DNA of 64,000 nucleotides. Origin: Polyangiales bacterium (GTDB lineage Bacteria; Myxococcota_A; Polyangia; Polyangiales; Polyangiaceae). The notes under the pieces are model-generated. The model ran no database searches and had not been told where the DNA came from. It worked only from the letters and a program-made list of their open reading frames with translations. Where the stretch lies: positions 44,537 to 108,536 of the forward strand of contig JBBRNJ010000022.1 of NCBI GenBank assembly GCA_038230375.1. The letters run 5' to 3'. Made by a program: the position numbers and the translations under genes. Positions 30,022 through 40,071 of the stretch are shown here, piece after piece; the first letter of the stretch is position 1, and each line of letters starts with the position of its first letter.

Positions 30022-31311
30022 CTACTGCTCGCGATAGAACCGCGGCACGCGCCTGGAAATCGAGGTGAGGACCTCCCACGCGATGGTTCCGATGCGCGAG
30101 GCGACCTCGTCCGCGGTGATGTTGTCGCGGCCCAGCGGCCCTTCCTGCGCGCCAAGGACCATCACCTCGTCGGTGATGCCGACGCCTGGGATGTCCGTGA
30201 CGTCGATCATGGACATGTCCATGGAGACAGCGCCGATGATCGGCGCGCGCTTTCCGCGGACCAGGAGATGACCGCGGTTCGAGAGCTGACGCGAGAGGCC
30301 GTCGGCGTAGCCCATGGGGACCGTGGCCACGCGCGTGTCTCGTGTTGCGCGGAAGAGCCCGCCGTAGCCCACGGTCTGACCGACCGGCACGGTGCGCACG
30401 TCCACCACCTCCGTACGAACGCGCATCACGGGCGCGAGCTCGGAGTCGAACGGCGCGCCCACGTCACCATCGTTGCCGACCGCACGCGGCGAGACACCGA
30501 AGAGCGCGATGCCCGGACGGACCGCGGACAGCCGCGCCTCGGCGCGAAGGAGCGCTGCGCTGTTCGCCGCATGACGAACCTCGGGGCGAATGCCCTTCTT
30601 CGCAAGTGTGGCCGTCATCTCGTCGAAGCGGACCATCTGCTCGTGCGTGTGCTCCTGCGAGAGCGCATCGGCGGACGCGAGATGAGTCATGAGCCCGCTC
30701 GGACGGAGCTCGGGGACGTTGAGGAGCTTGTCTGCGAAGCTCTCGAGATTCTCCGCGCGCAGACCAAGGCGCGCCATCCCGGTGTCGAGCTTCACATGCA
30801 CGTCTACCGGCTTGTCCAGCTTGAGCGCACGCGCTGCGGCAGCAAAGCCCGTCAGGTGCGACTCGTCATAGATCACCGGTGTCATGCCACGCGCGAGCAC
30901 GTCCGCATATGCGCCGCCGTAGTAGCCGCCCATCACGAGGATGGGCGCGACGATACCCGCCTCGCGCAGCTCCACACCCTCTTCCAGGAGCGCAACGCAG
31001 AAGCCGTCAGCGCCGGCTCGCTCGAGGGTTCGTGCGACCGCCGGGGCGCCATGACCGTAGCCGTCCGCCTTCAGCACCGCCCAGACCTTCGCGCCGTCTG
31101 CGTGCTTCTTCACCACGCGGAAATTCTTGCGCAGGGCCTCCAGGTTCACCTCGGCGCGCGTCGGCCGGATGGCGTCCGCGGGCGCGGCGCGACGGGCTTT
31201 GTGCACGCGCGGCTCCGACTCCAGAGGAGCCGGTATCACTCGCTTCTTGTCGCCGCCTTCGTCGTGCATGATTCCTTCAGGGAGAGACCGGAGAGGAGAG
31301 CCCATATTCAT
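30022..31311 (-). CDS. alr: Alanine racemase
   Basis: AVLKADGYGHG, HVKLDTGMARLG, MTHLASAD, HAANSA, RPGIALFG, GYADG, VSMD. Start uncertain (31311 overlaps the upstream stop). Confidence 0.96.
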   Translation of the reverse strand: MNMGSPLRSLPEGIMHDEGGDKKRVIPAPLESEPRVHKARRAAPADAIRPTRAEVNLEALRKNFRVVKKHADGAKVWAVLKADGYGHGAPAVARTLERAGADGFCVALLEEGVELREAGIVAPILVMGGYYGGAYADVLARGMTPVIYDESHLTGFAAAARALKLDKPVDVHVKLDTGMARLGLRAENLESFADKLLNVPELRPSGLMTHLASADALSQEHTHEQMVRFDEMTATLAKKGIRPEVRHAANSAALLRAEARLSAVRPGIALFGVSPRAVGNDGDVGAPFDSELAPVMRVRTEVVDVRTVPVGQTVGYGGLFRATRDTRVATVPMGYADGLSRQLSNRGHLLVRGKRAPIIGAVSMDMSMIDVTDIPGVGITDEVMVLGAQEGPLGRDNITADEVASRIGTIAWEVLTSISRRVPRFYREQ

Positions 31312-33248
31312 CCGAACGCCGGGCTGCGTCGAGAGCTTCCGGGCGGACGTGCACTTTCCTCCGGCTCACCAGAGGCGCCCGTGGCCCCCTTGGCCACGGC
31401 TGCGAGCTTCTCCTTGGCGAACTGGAGCCGATACAGCTTCGCGTACACGCCGTCCTTCTCCATCAGCGCTGCGTGCGACCCGGTCTCCACCACCCTGCCC
31501 TTGTGGAACACCACGATGCGATCCACCGTGCGAATGGTGGACAACCGATGGGCGATCACGACGGCGGTGCGACCCTCCATCATGGCCTCGAGGGCCGTCT
31601 GCAGGCGAGCCTCGGTGTCGGAGTCGATGCTGGCAGTGGCCTCGTCCAGGATGACGATCGGCGTATCCTTGTAGACTGCACGCGCAAACGCAATGAGCTG
31701 GCGCTCACCAGCGCTGAAGTTTGCGCCGCGCTCGTCCACCGCCGCAAGTAGCCCGTCCTGGCGCGACTCGAATACGGCGAGCGCCCCGATGCGCGACAGC
31801 GCCAGCTTCGCACGTTCGAGAGACGGCTCCGGATCGCTCATGGCAATGTTGGAGAGCACCGAGCCCGTGAAGAGGAAGACGTCCTGCGGGACCACGCTGA
31901 AATGCTCGCGCAGCTCGCGACGATCGTAGTCCTGCACGTCCTTGCCGAGCACACGGATCTGCCCGGATTGATGCTCGTAGAGCTGGAGCAAGAGCGCCGA
32001 GATCGTGGTCTTGCCCGCGCCCGTCGCACCAACGAGCGCCACCTTCTCGCCGCGCGGGACGTCGAAGCTCACATCACGCAGCACGGGCACGCCGGGTTTG
32101 TATGCAAACTGCACGTTGTCGAAGCGGATGGCCTCGGTCGCCGGACCGCGCGCGTGCTCCTTGCCTGGGGTCGCGGTGGTCTCTCGCGGGGCGCGTTCCA
32201 GCTCCGTGAGATCCAGGAGCTGGAAGATGCGCTCCGCGCCCGCCATCGCGCTCTGCAGGATGGTGTAGCGCTGCGCGAGCAGGCTGACCGGCTCGAAGAA
32301 CTGCTTGATGTACTGCGTGAAGATCACGACCAGCGCGAACGTGATGCCTTCGCCGATCTTCGAGATCCCGCCCCACCACAGGATGCTGGCGATGCAGAGC
32401 GAGGACACCATCTCGATCGCGGCGTCCAGGATGGCCTCGTAGAAGATGGAGCGCTTGTTCGCGTCGCGATACGCGTCGTTGATCTCGTCGAAGTCCTCCG
32501 CCATCTTGCCTTCGCGCGCGTAGGCCTGCACCACGGCGATGCCCGCGACCTGCTCGTTCAGGAACGAGTTGAGGCGCGCCGTGCGCGTGCGGATGTCGCG
32601 ATAGGCCGCGCGTGAGCGCTTTCGTGTCCAGTTCACCACCAGGCCCACCAGCGGGAGCGCCGCGAACGCGACCAGCGACAGGCGCACGTTCAGCCGCAGC
32701 ATCAGGATGACGATGCCGGTCAGCGAGAGCAGGTCGACGATCGCCATGAGCACGCCGGACGCGAAGAGCTCGCCCACGGCGTCCACGTCGTTCGTTGCGC
32801 GCGTGACCAGGCGCCCGACCGGCGTGCGATCGAAGTATGAAAGCCGCAGCTTCTGGAAGAACAGGAAGATGAAGTTGCGAAGGTCCGCCATGATGCGCGC
32901 ACCCGCGACCTGCATCGCGTACTGACCGAAGAACCCGAGCAGCTGCTGGACGATGACCACCCCGCACAGCATCACGCCGTCCCAGAGCAGGTTGTCCGCA
33001 CGCGACGCCGCCGCGTCTCCCACCACGCGACCCATGAGCAGCGGACGCACCAGCGCTCCGCCCATCACGACCACCTGGAGGCCGAGCGACAGCACGATGA
33101 GCAAGGCGTGAGGCTTCACGAACGGCATGAGGCGGCCCGCGAGCTGCAGGTCGTACGCCTTGCCCACGTCGGTCTCTTCGTGGAAGGCCTTGAGCTTCTC
33201 CTTGCCTCGCTGACCGGCAGCGGGCTTCTTCTTGGTCTCTTCCGTCAT
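31308..33248 (-). CDS. ABC exporter, fused TMD-NBD (MdlB-like half)
   Basis: TM domain; GATGAGKT; FSAGERQ; ILDEATA. Confidence 0.92.
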   Translation of the reverse strand: MTEETKKKPAAGQRGKEKLKAFHEETDVGKAYDLQLAGRLMPFVKPHALLIVLSLGLQVVVMGGALVRPLLMGRVVGDAAASRADNLLWDGVMLCGVVIVQQLLGFFGQYAMQVAGARIMADLRNFIFLFFQKLRLSYFDRTPVGRLVTRATNDVDAVGELFASGVLMAIVDLLSLTGIVILMLRLNVRLSLVAFAALPLVGLVVNWTRKRSRAAYRDIRTRTARLNSFLNEQVAGIAVVQAYAREGKMAEDFDEINDAYRDANKRSIFYEAILDAAIEMVSSLCIASILWWGGISKIGEGITFALVVIFTQYIKQFFEPVSLLAQRYTILQSAMAGAERIFQLLDLTELERAPRETTATPGKEHARGPATEAIRFDNVQFAYKPGVPVLRDVSFDVPRGEKVALVGATGAGKTTISALLLQLYEHQSGQIRVLGKDVQDYDRRELREHFSVVPQDVFLFTGSVLSNIAMSDPEPSLERAKLALSRIGALAVFESRQDGLLAAVDERGANFSAGERQLIAFARAVYKDTPIVILDEATASIDSDTEARLQTALEAMMEGRTAVVIAHRLSTIRTVDRIVVFHKGRVVETGSHAALMEKDGVYAKLYRLQFAKEKLAAVAKGATGASGEPEESARPPGSSRRSPAFG

Positions 33249-35065
33249 GCGGCCCCCTCGCCCCGTGCTTCGTGGGGTTCGGGCGCCAGCACGGCATCCA
33301 GCTGCGCGAGCTCGCTCTCGGCGCTCTGCTCTTCCGCGAAGGCGGCGTAGAGGCCGTCCATCTTCACCAGCTCCTCGTGCGTGCCTTGCGCGACGATCCG
33401 ACCTTCATCCAGGACCAGGATGGTGTCGCAGCGTGAAGCCGCCGCCACGCGATGGGTCACCAGGACCAGCGTGCGCTTCGACTTCTGACGCTCGATCGCC
33501 TTCAAAATAAGGCTCTCCGTCTTCGCGTCCACCGCCGACAGCGGATCGTCCAGGACCAGCACCTTGGGTTCGCGTACGAGCGCGCGCGCCAGCGCGATGC
33601 GCTGCTTCTGCCCGCCCGAGAGCTGCACGCCGCGCTCACCGACGACCGTGTCGAACTGCTCCGGCAAGGAGAGCGCCTCCTCCAGCACCTGCGCCTCGCG
33701 CGCAGCATCACGGATCCGCTCCAGGGATTCCTCGGAGTCCGGATCGTCCAGTGACAGACCGATGTTCTGCGACACGGTGGTGGAGAAGAGGAACGCGTCC
33801 TGCTGCGCGTAGCCGACAGCCTCGCGCACGGTGGAGAGCGGCAGCTGGCACACGTCTACGCCGTCCAGTTTGACGGTGCCCTCGGGCGTGGGAAGAAGAC
33901 GCGCAAGGAGCATCGCGAGCGTGGACTTTCCGGAGCCCGTGCGGCCGACGATCGCGATCGACTTTCCCGCGGGCAGCTCGAACGAGACGTCCGTGAGGAC
34001 CGCGCGCTCGCCATAGGCAAACGCAAGGCCGCTACATGACAGCGCGCCGCGTACCTCTTTCAGGCGCGGGAGGGGACCGTCGCAGATCTCGGGCTGGGCG
34101 TCGAACACCTCGCGAAGACGCGTGTATCCTGCACGACCGCGCTGGATGATCGCGAGCGAGAAGCCGAGCGCGATGATCGGCCATGTCATGCGGCCGAGCG
34201 CGAGCCAGAACGCGAAGAAGTCCCCAGGCGAGAGCCCGCCGTTCGCGGGGCCAAGGAGCAGGAGCTTGCTGCCGTACCAGAAGCACGCGAGCACACCGAG
34301 CGAGCTCGCCGCGCCCACGGTGGGGCCCATCAGCCCGCGCAGCCGCGCAAGCCCAAGGCTTGCCTCCAGGTAACTCTGGTTCGCCTCCTGGAAGCGCAGG
34401 TGCTCGCGCGACTCCAGCGCGAAGCTACGCACCACGCGCACGCCGGCCAGGTTCGTCTGCAGGATGTCCGAGAGGCGACCGATCGCCTTCTGGTTGTTCA
34501 TCGTGCGCGCGTAGAGGTTCTTGGAGAAGAGGCGCGTGGTGCCGACCAGGAACGGCAGCATCACGAACGTGACCAGCGTGAGCTTGGGGGAGATCCGCAC
34601 CATCACCTGCAGCGCGCTCGCGAACGCGAACATCACGTTCACGATGTTGAGCACGCCAAAGCCAAGGAGCAGGCGCACCTGGAGGAGGTCGCCGGTGGAG
34701 CGGCTCATGATCTCGCCCGACGACATCTTCCGATAGAACGCAGCGCCCAGCTGGTGCAGGCGATGGAGCAGGAGCGCGCGGAGCTCGTACTCGACGTCGC
34801 GGCCAGCGTTGAAGACGAACCAGCGGCTGGCGACGCGCGTGCCGAACGCGACCAGCGCGAGGCCGAGCATGATGGTCGCGGGCCTGGACACGTCGCTGGG
34901 GTTCGGGCCGAAGATGATGTCGATGGCCGACTTGCTCATCCAGTCGATGCGGTTCATCGACAGCTGGAAGATCGCGAGCATGAGGGTGCCGAAGAGATAC
35001 GACGGCAGGTGCCGCATGAACTGCCCGGTCAGGGTGTTCGGGATCTTGCTCGGGTCGACCTTCAA
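33245..35065 (-). CDS. ABC exporter, fused TMD-NBD (MdlA-like half)
   Basis: GRTGSGKST; LSGGQKQR; LVLDDPLSAVD (degenerate Walker B, heterodimer type). Start TTG 35065 or ATG 35017. Confidence 0.92.
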   Translation of the reverse strand: MKVDPSKIPNTLTGQFMRHLPSYLFGTLMLAIFQLSMNRIDWMSKSAIDIIFGPNPSDVSRPATIMLGLALVAFGTRVASRWFVFNAGRDVEYELRALLLHRLHQLGAAFYRKMSSGEIMSRSTGDLLQVRLLLGFGVLNIVNVMFAFASALQVMVRISPKLTLVTFVMLPFLVGTTRLFSKNLYARTMNNQKAIGRLSDILQTNLAGVRVVRSFALESREHLRFQEANQSYLEASLGLARLRGLMGPTVGAASSLGVLACFWYGSKLLLLGPANGGLSPGDFFAFWLALGRMTWPIIALGFSLAIIQRGRAGYTRLREVFDAQPEICDGPLPRLKEVRGALSCSGLAFAYGERAVLTDVSFELPAGKSIAIVGRTGSGKSTLAMLLARLLPTPEGTVKLDGVDVCQLPLSTVREAVGYAQQDAFLFSTTVSQNIGLSLDDPDSEESLERIRDAAREAQVLEEALSLPEQFDTVVGERGVQLSGGQKQRIALARALVREPKVLVLDDPLSAVDAKTESLILKAIERQKSKRTLVLVTHRVAAASRCDTILVLDEGRIVAQGTHEELVKMDGLYAAFAEEQSAESELAQLDAVLAPEPHEARGEGAA

Positions 35066-35072
35066 CGCATGC

Positions 35073-36239
35073 TCATTTCGAGGACACTCCGCCCAGAGGT
35101 CTTCGATGCGACGACATGAGCTTCTGTCGCGCGTTTTTCCCGGTCCGGTCACGAAAAGCGACCAGGTCCTTGACCCGGAGGCGGGCGGCGAGCAGCCCGA
35201 AGAGCACCCGGGCGCCGCCTTTGCCGTCGAGCTCCTGCACGACGCCGACTTTGCCCGAAAACGGGCCGGCCAGGACGGAGATTCGTGTGCCCTTCTCGAT
35301 GGGTAGCCTGGAGTCGGTGTCGGCGTCCTTCTGGGCACGGCGCAGGATGGGGCGCTTGCGCAGGAACAGCGGATCGGTGCGATTCGACGGGCCGCCGTCG
35401 CTCTGGGTGGGGGAGTCATCCGTGGATGCGGGCTCTCCGTCGTCCACGAAGGCGTAATCCTTGGGGCGACGGCCCTTCCGGATCGGCGTGCGCTTGGATT
35501 TGGCGCCTTCGCGCTCTGCGACCGCGCGGGCCCGGCGCTTCTGACCGGAGAAGAAGTCGTTGTCGGCGGACCACGCGAGCGTGTCGTACAGGCTTCCGAG
35601 CGCGGAGAACGCGTCCTCCAGGAGGCCGCCGATCTCGGTCTTCTGCGCGACGGCGAGATCCTTCGGCAGCGTCCACCCGAAGAAGAGCGAAGCGCCCAGG
35701 CCCACCGCTTCGTCCACCCATTCGCGGAGCTCGCGCCCCGTGATGCGCGACACCGGCCCCTGGGAGCCGCCTTCGACGCCCGCCCAGAACTGCTCCGGCA
35801 GCGCCTCCACCACGCTGGTCGCCGCGAGCACCCCCTCGGGGCTCTTCAGCTTCGCGCGCAGGTTGTGAATGTCCACGAGCGCAGACGCCGGCAGCTCGAG
35901 GCGTGCCTCGACCGTGGCGTGCGTGAGCCGCAGCACGAGCTTGGCGTTCTCGGCGAAAACGCCCGCGAAGAGCGGCCGGTAGTCGAGCTTCTGCGCACGC
36001 GCCACCTTCAGCGCTTGCTCGCGCTGACGACTGCTGCGCACGAACACGACGCCCGGCGGCCCGAGCTTGCCGTCGACCACTGCAAGCTCCAGCGAGAGCC
36101 CGAGCTCCGCGAGGCGCTCCTGCACGGCCGCCGACCAGTGCTGCAGCCGCTCGCGCAGATCCTCGTCCATGGACCCGCGACCACGCAGGTCGAAGTCGTT
36201 GCGAGAAAATACGAGTGCGCGGCGTGAGGGGGCGACCAT
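35073..36239 (-). CDS. Protein with C-terminal NusG-like KOW motif
   Basis: IEKGTRISVLAGPFSGKVGVVQELDGKGGARVLFGLL; the N-terminal part is not an NGN domain. Confidence 0.7.
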   Translation of the reverse strand: MVAPSRRALVFSRNDFDLRGRGSMDEDLRERLQHWSAAVQERLAELGLSLELAVVDGKLGPPGVVFVRSSRQREQALKVARAQKLDYRPLFAGVFAENAKLVLRLTHATVEARLELPASALVDIHNLRAKLKSPEGVLAATSVVEALPEQFWAGVEGGSQGPVSRITGRELREWVDEAVGLGASLFFGWTLPKDLAVAQKTEIGGLLEDAFSALGSLYDTLAWSADNDFFSGQKRRARAVAEREGAKSKRTPIRKGRRPKDYAFVDDGEPASTDDSPTQSDGGPSNRTDPLFLRKRPILRRAQKDADTDSRLPIEKGTRISVLAGPFSGKVGVVQELDGKGGARVLFGLLAARLRVKDLVAFRDRTGKNARQKLMSSHRRPLGGVSSK

Positions 36240-36344
36240 CGTCGTGGGAGGCTCGCGCCTCGATCAGCGCGAGACCTTAGCCTTAGTTCCACCACGAATG
36301 GCTTGGGTCGAGTTTCGTCCGCCCTCACCGAAAGAGGTGCGCCC

Positions 36345-36373
36345 TTGACGCAGAGCGTCATCGGCCTTAACCA
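36345..36373 (+). promoter_or_regulatory. Sigma70-type promoter overlapped by the palindrome TGACGC-N3-GCGTCA
   Basis: TTGACG-17 nt-TAACCA; inverted repeat at 36346-36360. Confidence 0.45.
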
Positions 36374-36402
36374 TGGGATAACCGAGCAAAAGGAGGGTCC
36401 GA

Positions 36403-36549
36403 ATGACCCATGATTCCCACGACCGGATCGAGCTTTCACGTCGTTCTCCTGGCACCCCGAGCGCCCTCTCCAACCTCATGCTGACGGGGCTCTTCGGCCT
36501 CGCCCTCACGGCGACGTTCTATGTGAGCTGGCTCTGGGCTTCGCGGTAG
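36403..36549 (+). CDS. 48-aa small membrane protein
   Basis: AGGAGG SD; MTHDSHDRIELSRRSPGTPSALSNLMLTGLFGLALTATFYVSWLWASR*; one TM helix; too short for the ORF track. Confidence 0.6.
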   Translation: MTHDSHDRIELSRRSPGTPSALSNLMLTGLFGLALTATFYVSWLWASR

Positions 36550-36599
36550 CGCGGGGGACAGGGAATGCCGTTTGCGCCGCGGCTGTTGGACGGAAAGGC

Positions 36600-37799
36600 A
36601 TGCTAAGGTCGACCGAACTCGTGCCCCCGCGTCAGAAGCCCGCCAAGACCGAAGCCCTGAAGACCGAAGCGGCCGCGAAGCCCAAGGGCCGCCGCAAGGC
36701 TGCAGCTCATGCACCCAAGGAGGAGGCCGACGAGCAGGACCGTGAGGAAGGCTCCGAGGGCGCCGACACGGACCCGAATGATGAGCGTGACGATACGGAG
36801 GTCGTGGTCGCCGAGCCCGTGGAAGCGGAGCTCGTGTCCGACGACGACGAACCCGCGCTCGCCGAGGATGCGGACACCGAGCCCGCCGACGACGACGCGA
36901 AGCCTCCGCGCTCACGCGCCCCGCTCTCCAGCGAGACCGGGATGGAGCGGATGGACCCGATGTCCGCGTACCTCCGCGAGGTGCAGCGGCACAAGCTGCT
37001 CACGCCGGAGGAGACGCAGGAGCTTGCCGTCCGCTTCCTCAAGACGCAGGACTCGAAGGTCGCCGCGCGACTGGTGACGGCGAACCTGCGCCTGGTCGTG
37101 AAGATCGCGTACGAGTACCGCCGCGCCTACAAGAACATCATGGACCTGGTTCAGGAGGGCAACATCGGCCTCATGCAGGCCGTGAAGCGCTACGATCCGT
37201 ATCGCGGCGTGAAGCTGTCTTCCTACGCAGCGTGGTGGATCCGCGCATACATCCTGCGGTTCATTCTGAACAACTGGCGCCTCGTGAAGCTCGGCACCAC
37301 GCAGGCCCAGCGGAAGCTGTTCTTCAACCTGAAGAAGGCCCGCGCGGAGCTCGCCGCCATGGGCATGGACCCCAGCGACGCAGAGGTCGCGAAGCGGCTC
37401 AACGTGCCCGAGACCGACGTGTCCGAGATGGAGGTGCGCCTCCAGGCCAGCGAGAAATCGCTCGACGCGCCCGTCGGAGACGCGGACGGTCGCTCGATCA
37501 CGCGCGTGGACATGATGCCGTTCGCTGGCGCAGGCCCCGAGGCAATGATGGCCGACGGTGAGCTGCAGGCGCTCCTGCGCGAGAAGCTCGACGTGTTCCG
37601 CGGCACGCTCGCAGGCAAGGAGAAGGAGCTCGCGATCTTCGACGAGCGCCTTGTGGCGGACGATCCGCTCACGCTCCAGGAGCTGGGTGAGCGCTTCAAG
37701 ATCTCGCGCGAGCGCGTCCGCCAACTGGAGCAGCGCCTGCAGGGCAAGCTGCGCGACTTCTTGAAGCGAGAGATGGGCGACGCAACGGAGCTGGCGTAG
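36600..37799 (+). CDS. rpoH: RpoH/sigma32-family RNA polymerase sigma factor with acidic N-terminal extension
   Basis: LVTANLRLVVKIA, DLVQEGNIGLM, YAAWWIRAYI, RpoH box GTTQAQRKLFFNL, ISRERVRQLE. Which myxobacterial paralog it is cannot be resolved. Confidence 0.88.
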   Translation: MLRSTELVPPRQKPAKTEALKTEAAAKPKGRRKAAAHAPKEEADEQDREEGSEGADTDPNDERDDTEVVVAEPVEAELVSDDDEPALAEDADTEPADDDAKPPRSRAPLSSETGMERMDPMSAYLREVQRHKLLTPEETQELAVRFLKTQDSKVAARLVTANLRLVVKIAYEYRRAYKNIMDLVQEGNIGLMQAVKRYDPYRGVKLSSYAAWWIRAYILRFILNNWRLVKLGTTQAQRKLFFNLKKARAELAAMGMDPSDAEVAKRLNVPETDVSEMEVRLQASEKSLDAPVGDADGRSITRVDMMPFAGAGPEAMMADGELQALLREKLDVFRGTLAGKEKELAIFDERLVADDPLTLQELGERFKISRERVRQLEQRLQGKLRDFLKREMGDATELA

Positions 37800-37802
37800 C
37801 CG

Positions 37803-38660
37803 GTGGCAGATAGTCGCGCCGGCACACGGGGAACGCTCTACGTCGTGGCCACGCCGATCGGCAACCTGGGCGACATCACGCTTCGCGCGATCGAGACGCT
37901 GCGCGCTGTGGATCTGGTCGCAGCGGAGGACACCCGGCGCACGCGCGGCCTGCTCACCCACCTGGAGATCTCGAAGCCACTCGTACCCGCGCACGCCCAC
38001 TCCAGCGAGCGCGAGCTGTGCGTCGTGACCGAAGCGCTGGAAGAAGGCAAGGCCGTCGCGCTGGTGACGGACGCGGGCACGCCCGCGGTGAGCGATCCAG
38101 GCGGCGTGCTCGTCGCGCGCGCGATCGCCATGGGCGCCGTCGTGATCCCCATTCCGGGCGCGAGCGCGGTGCTCTCTGCGTTGGTCGGGAGCGGACTCTG
38201 CACGGACGCGGGCTTCCGCTTCTTCGGCTTCATCTCGCGTGACGGCCTATCGCGCGCAGAGGTGCTCGGGCACATCGCCGCGACGCGCGAGCCGTGCGTG
38301 CTCTACGAATCCCCCAATCGCGTGCAGTCTACACTCACCGAGCTGGCTCGTGCGCAGCCGGCGCGTCAGGTGGCGGTCGCGCGGGAGCTCACCAAGATCC
38401 ACGAGGAGTTCGTGCGCGGCACGCTGTCCGAGATCGCGGCGGAGGACCGCGAGTGGAAGGGCGAGGTCGTTCTCGTTCTAGGAGAGATGGAAGCCGCCGC
38501 GGAGAGCGTGGTGGACGAGGGGCTGCTCAACGCGCGCATCGACGCGGAGCTCGCGCAGGGCACGCATGCAAAGTCAGCGGCGGAGCGCATCGCCGCGTGG
38601 AGCGGCCTGCCAAAACGAGCGATCTACGAACGAATCATCCGGCGCAAGCAGGAAACCTAG
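37803..38660 (+). CDS. rsmI: 16S rRNA (cytidine1402-2'-O)-methyltransferase
   Basis: LYVVATPIGNLGDIT.RA, AEDTR, DAGTP.VSDPG, YESP.R, ARELTKIHEE. Confidence 0.96.
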   Translation: MADSRAGTRGTLYVVATPIGNLGDITLRAIETLRAVDLVAAEDTRRTRGLLTHLEISKPLVPAHAHSSERELCVVTEALEEGKAVALVTDAGTPAVSDPGGVLVARAIAMGAVVIPIPGASAVLSALVGSGLCTDAGFRFFGFISRDGLSRAEVLGHIAATREPCVLYESPNRVQSTLTELARAQPARQVAVARELTKIHEEFVRGTLSEIAAEDREWKGEVVLVLGEMEAAAESVVDEGLLNARIDAELAQGTHAKSAAERIAAWSGLPKRAIYERIIRRKQET

Positions 38661-38700
38661 AGCCGGCCTTCTGGTGCGACCCGGAGGCTGCAGCAGCCTC

Positions 38701-39330
38701 CTAGCTGGGGCGGACAGAGGCGGCGGGAACCCAGGCGATGGCGGCGCTGCCCTCCCACACGAGCTCGTAGTTCGTGCCGTCGAAGTTCTTCACCTGGCCC
38801 GGGTAGCTCTTTCCGTCGCTCCATGTGGCGATCACGCGCGTGCCTGGCGGCAGTGGCCCGCCGGGTGAAAAGACAGGCTGCGGTGCAGTCGGCGCCCGCT
38901 CCTCCGCGGCCTTGGCAGCACGCATGGCCATGGCGGAGGCGACCTGCGCCTGCTGCAGCGTCGCCATGTCTTCCTCCGTGAGGGTCACCTGGAGCGTCAT
39001 GATGCGAAGGCTCGCACCGGAGGCCTGAAACGTCCTGTTGCCGTAGGACTCCACGTCCGCGATGAGCCCCGCGCTGTCGCGCATGACTCCGAGCATCGAA
39101 TCGCGTGACAGCCTGGACGAGAGCACCGTGGCAAGGCTGGTCAGGATCGTGTGCTTCACCGCCTCCACGAGTCCCGCCTCACCGCCGTGCTGCGCGACCG
39201 TGTTGGCGAACGCGCCGGGCTCCATCACGTCGATATGTGCGCTGCCGAAGGCGTTCGGGTGAAGCTCCACCTCCGAATGGTCTCTGACCGCTCCAAGCGG
39301 TCCTCCCCATTGAAACCCGAGCTCGCCCAT
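38701..39330 (-). CDS. SPFH/band-7-like fragment fused to a Tudor/SH3-like domain
   Basis: QWGGP..VRD...NAFG...DVMEPGAF resembles YdjI-type SPFH; C-terminal GTRVIATWSDGKSYPGQV...YELVW...WVP. Confidence 0.55.
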   Translation of the reverse strand: MGELGFQWGGPLGAVRDHSEVELHPNAFGSAHIDVMEPGAFANTVAQHGGEAGLVEAVKHTILTSLATVLSSRLSRDSMLGVMRDSAGLIADVESYGNRTFQASGASLRIMTLQVTLTEEDMATLQQAQVASAMAMRAAKAAEERAPTAPQPVFSPGGPLPPGTRVIATWSDGKSYPGQVKNFDGTNYELVWEGSAAIAWVPAASVRPS

Positions 39331-39370
39331 ACGTCGACGATACACGCGGAACGGGAAACCCGCCTGCTGA

Positions 39371-40015
39371 TCATGCCCCGCGCGCGTAGAACGGCGTGCC
39401 AAGGCGAAGAAGCCGGGAAATCGCGTCATCTGCGAGCACCATCGCGACGAACGGATCTTCCTTGGGGAGGCTCACGAACGCGTCGACCGCGAGCGGACCG
39501 TCGAGCTCGAGCCCGAGGACAGGCGTGGTGAGCTGGTCCGTGCTCGGGAAGTAGAGCTGGGCGAGGTACGCCGACTTCACTGCGGGCAGCTGCGAGAGCA
39601 GACGCACGAGGCGCGCAGTGAGCCGCGTGAGCTTGGGATCGGGACCGGGCAACGCGCCGTCGTCGCTCGGTGGAGGCGCAGTGCGATCGAAGGCGGCGTC
39701 CTCGAACAGCGCGTCGAAGTCGCGAAGGAGCGACTGGAGATGGTCTGCGTCCGGATCACCGTCGAAGTTGCGCATGGCCCAGACCGCGACGTTGCTGCTC
39801 TCGGGAAACTCCCCCTTCTCTTTCACGACCTCGCGCACACGAGGCAGGAGCACGAACTGCAGCCACTGCTCCGGCGCCAGCGTCTTCATGCCGAACGCGC
39901 CCATGTCGACGAACTTCTCGTCGGGTGGTCTCTGCGCGGACCATCGACCAAGGCGCACGAGCTCCGCCTGGATCTCGTCGGCGATCTTCTCCGCCCGTTC
40001 GTGGAGCATCGACAT
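39371..40015 (-). CDS. YqcC (DUF446)-like domain fused to an SseB C-terminal-like domain
   Basis: IQAEL.RLG.W...P....GAFG..TL..EQWLQFVLLPR; C-terminal LPAVKSAYLAQL...PVLGLE. Confidence 0.7.
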   Translation of the reverse strand: MSMLHERAEKIADEIQAELVRLGRWSAQRPPDEKFVDMGAFGMKTLAPEQWLQFVLLPRVREVVKEKGEFPESSNVAVWAMRNFDGDPDADHLQSLLRDFDALFEDAAFDRTAPPPSDDGALPGPDPKLTRLTARLVRLLSQLPAVKSAYLAQLYFPSTDQLTTPVLGLELDGPLAVDAFVSLPKEDPFVAMVLADDAISRLLRLGTPFYARGA

Positions 40016-40071
40016 GGGTAGACCCTACCTTCCCCGTTGCCCGTGGGCGAGACGACAATTAGCCTGTCCGC

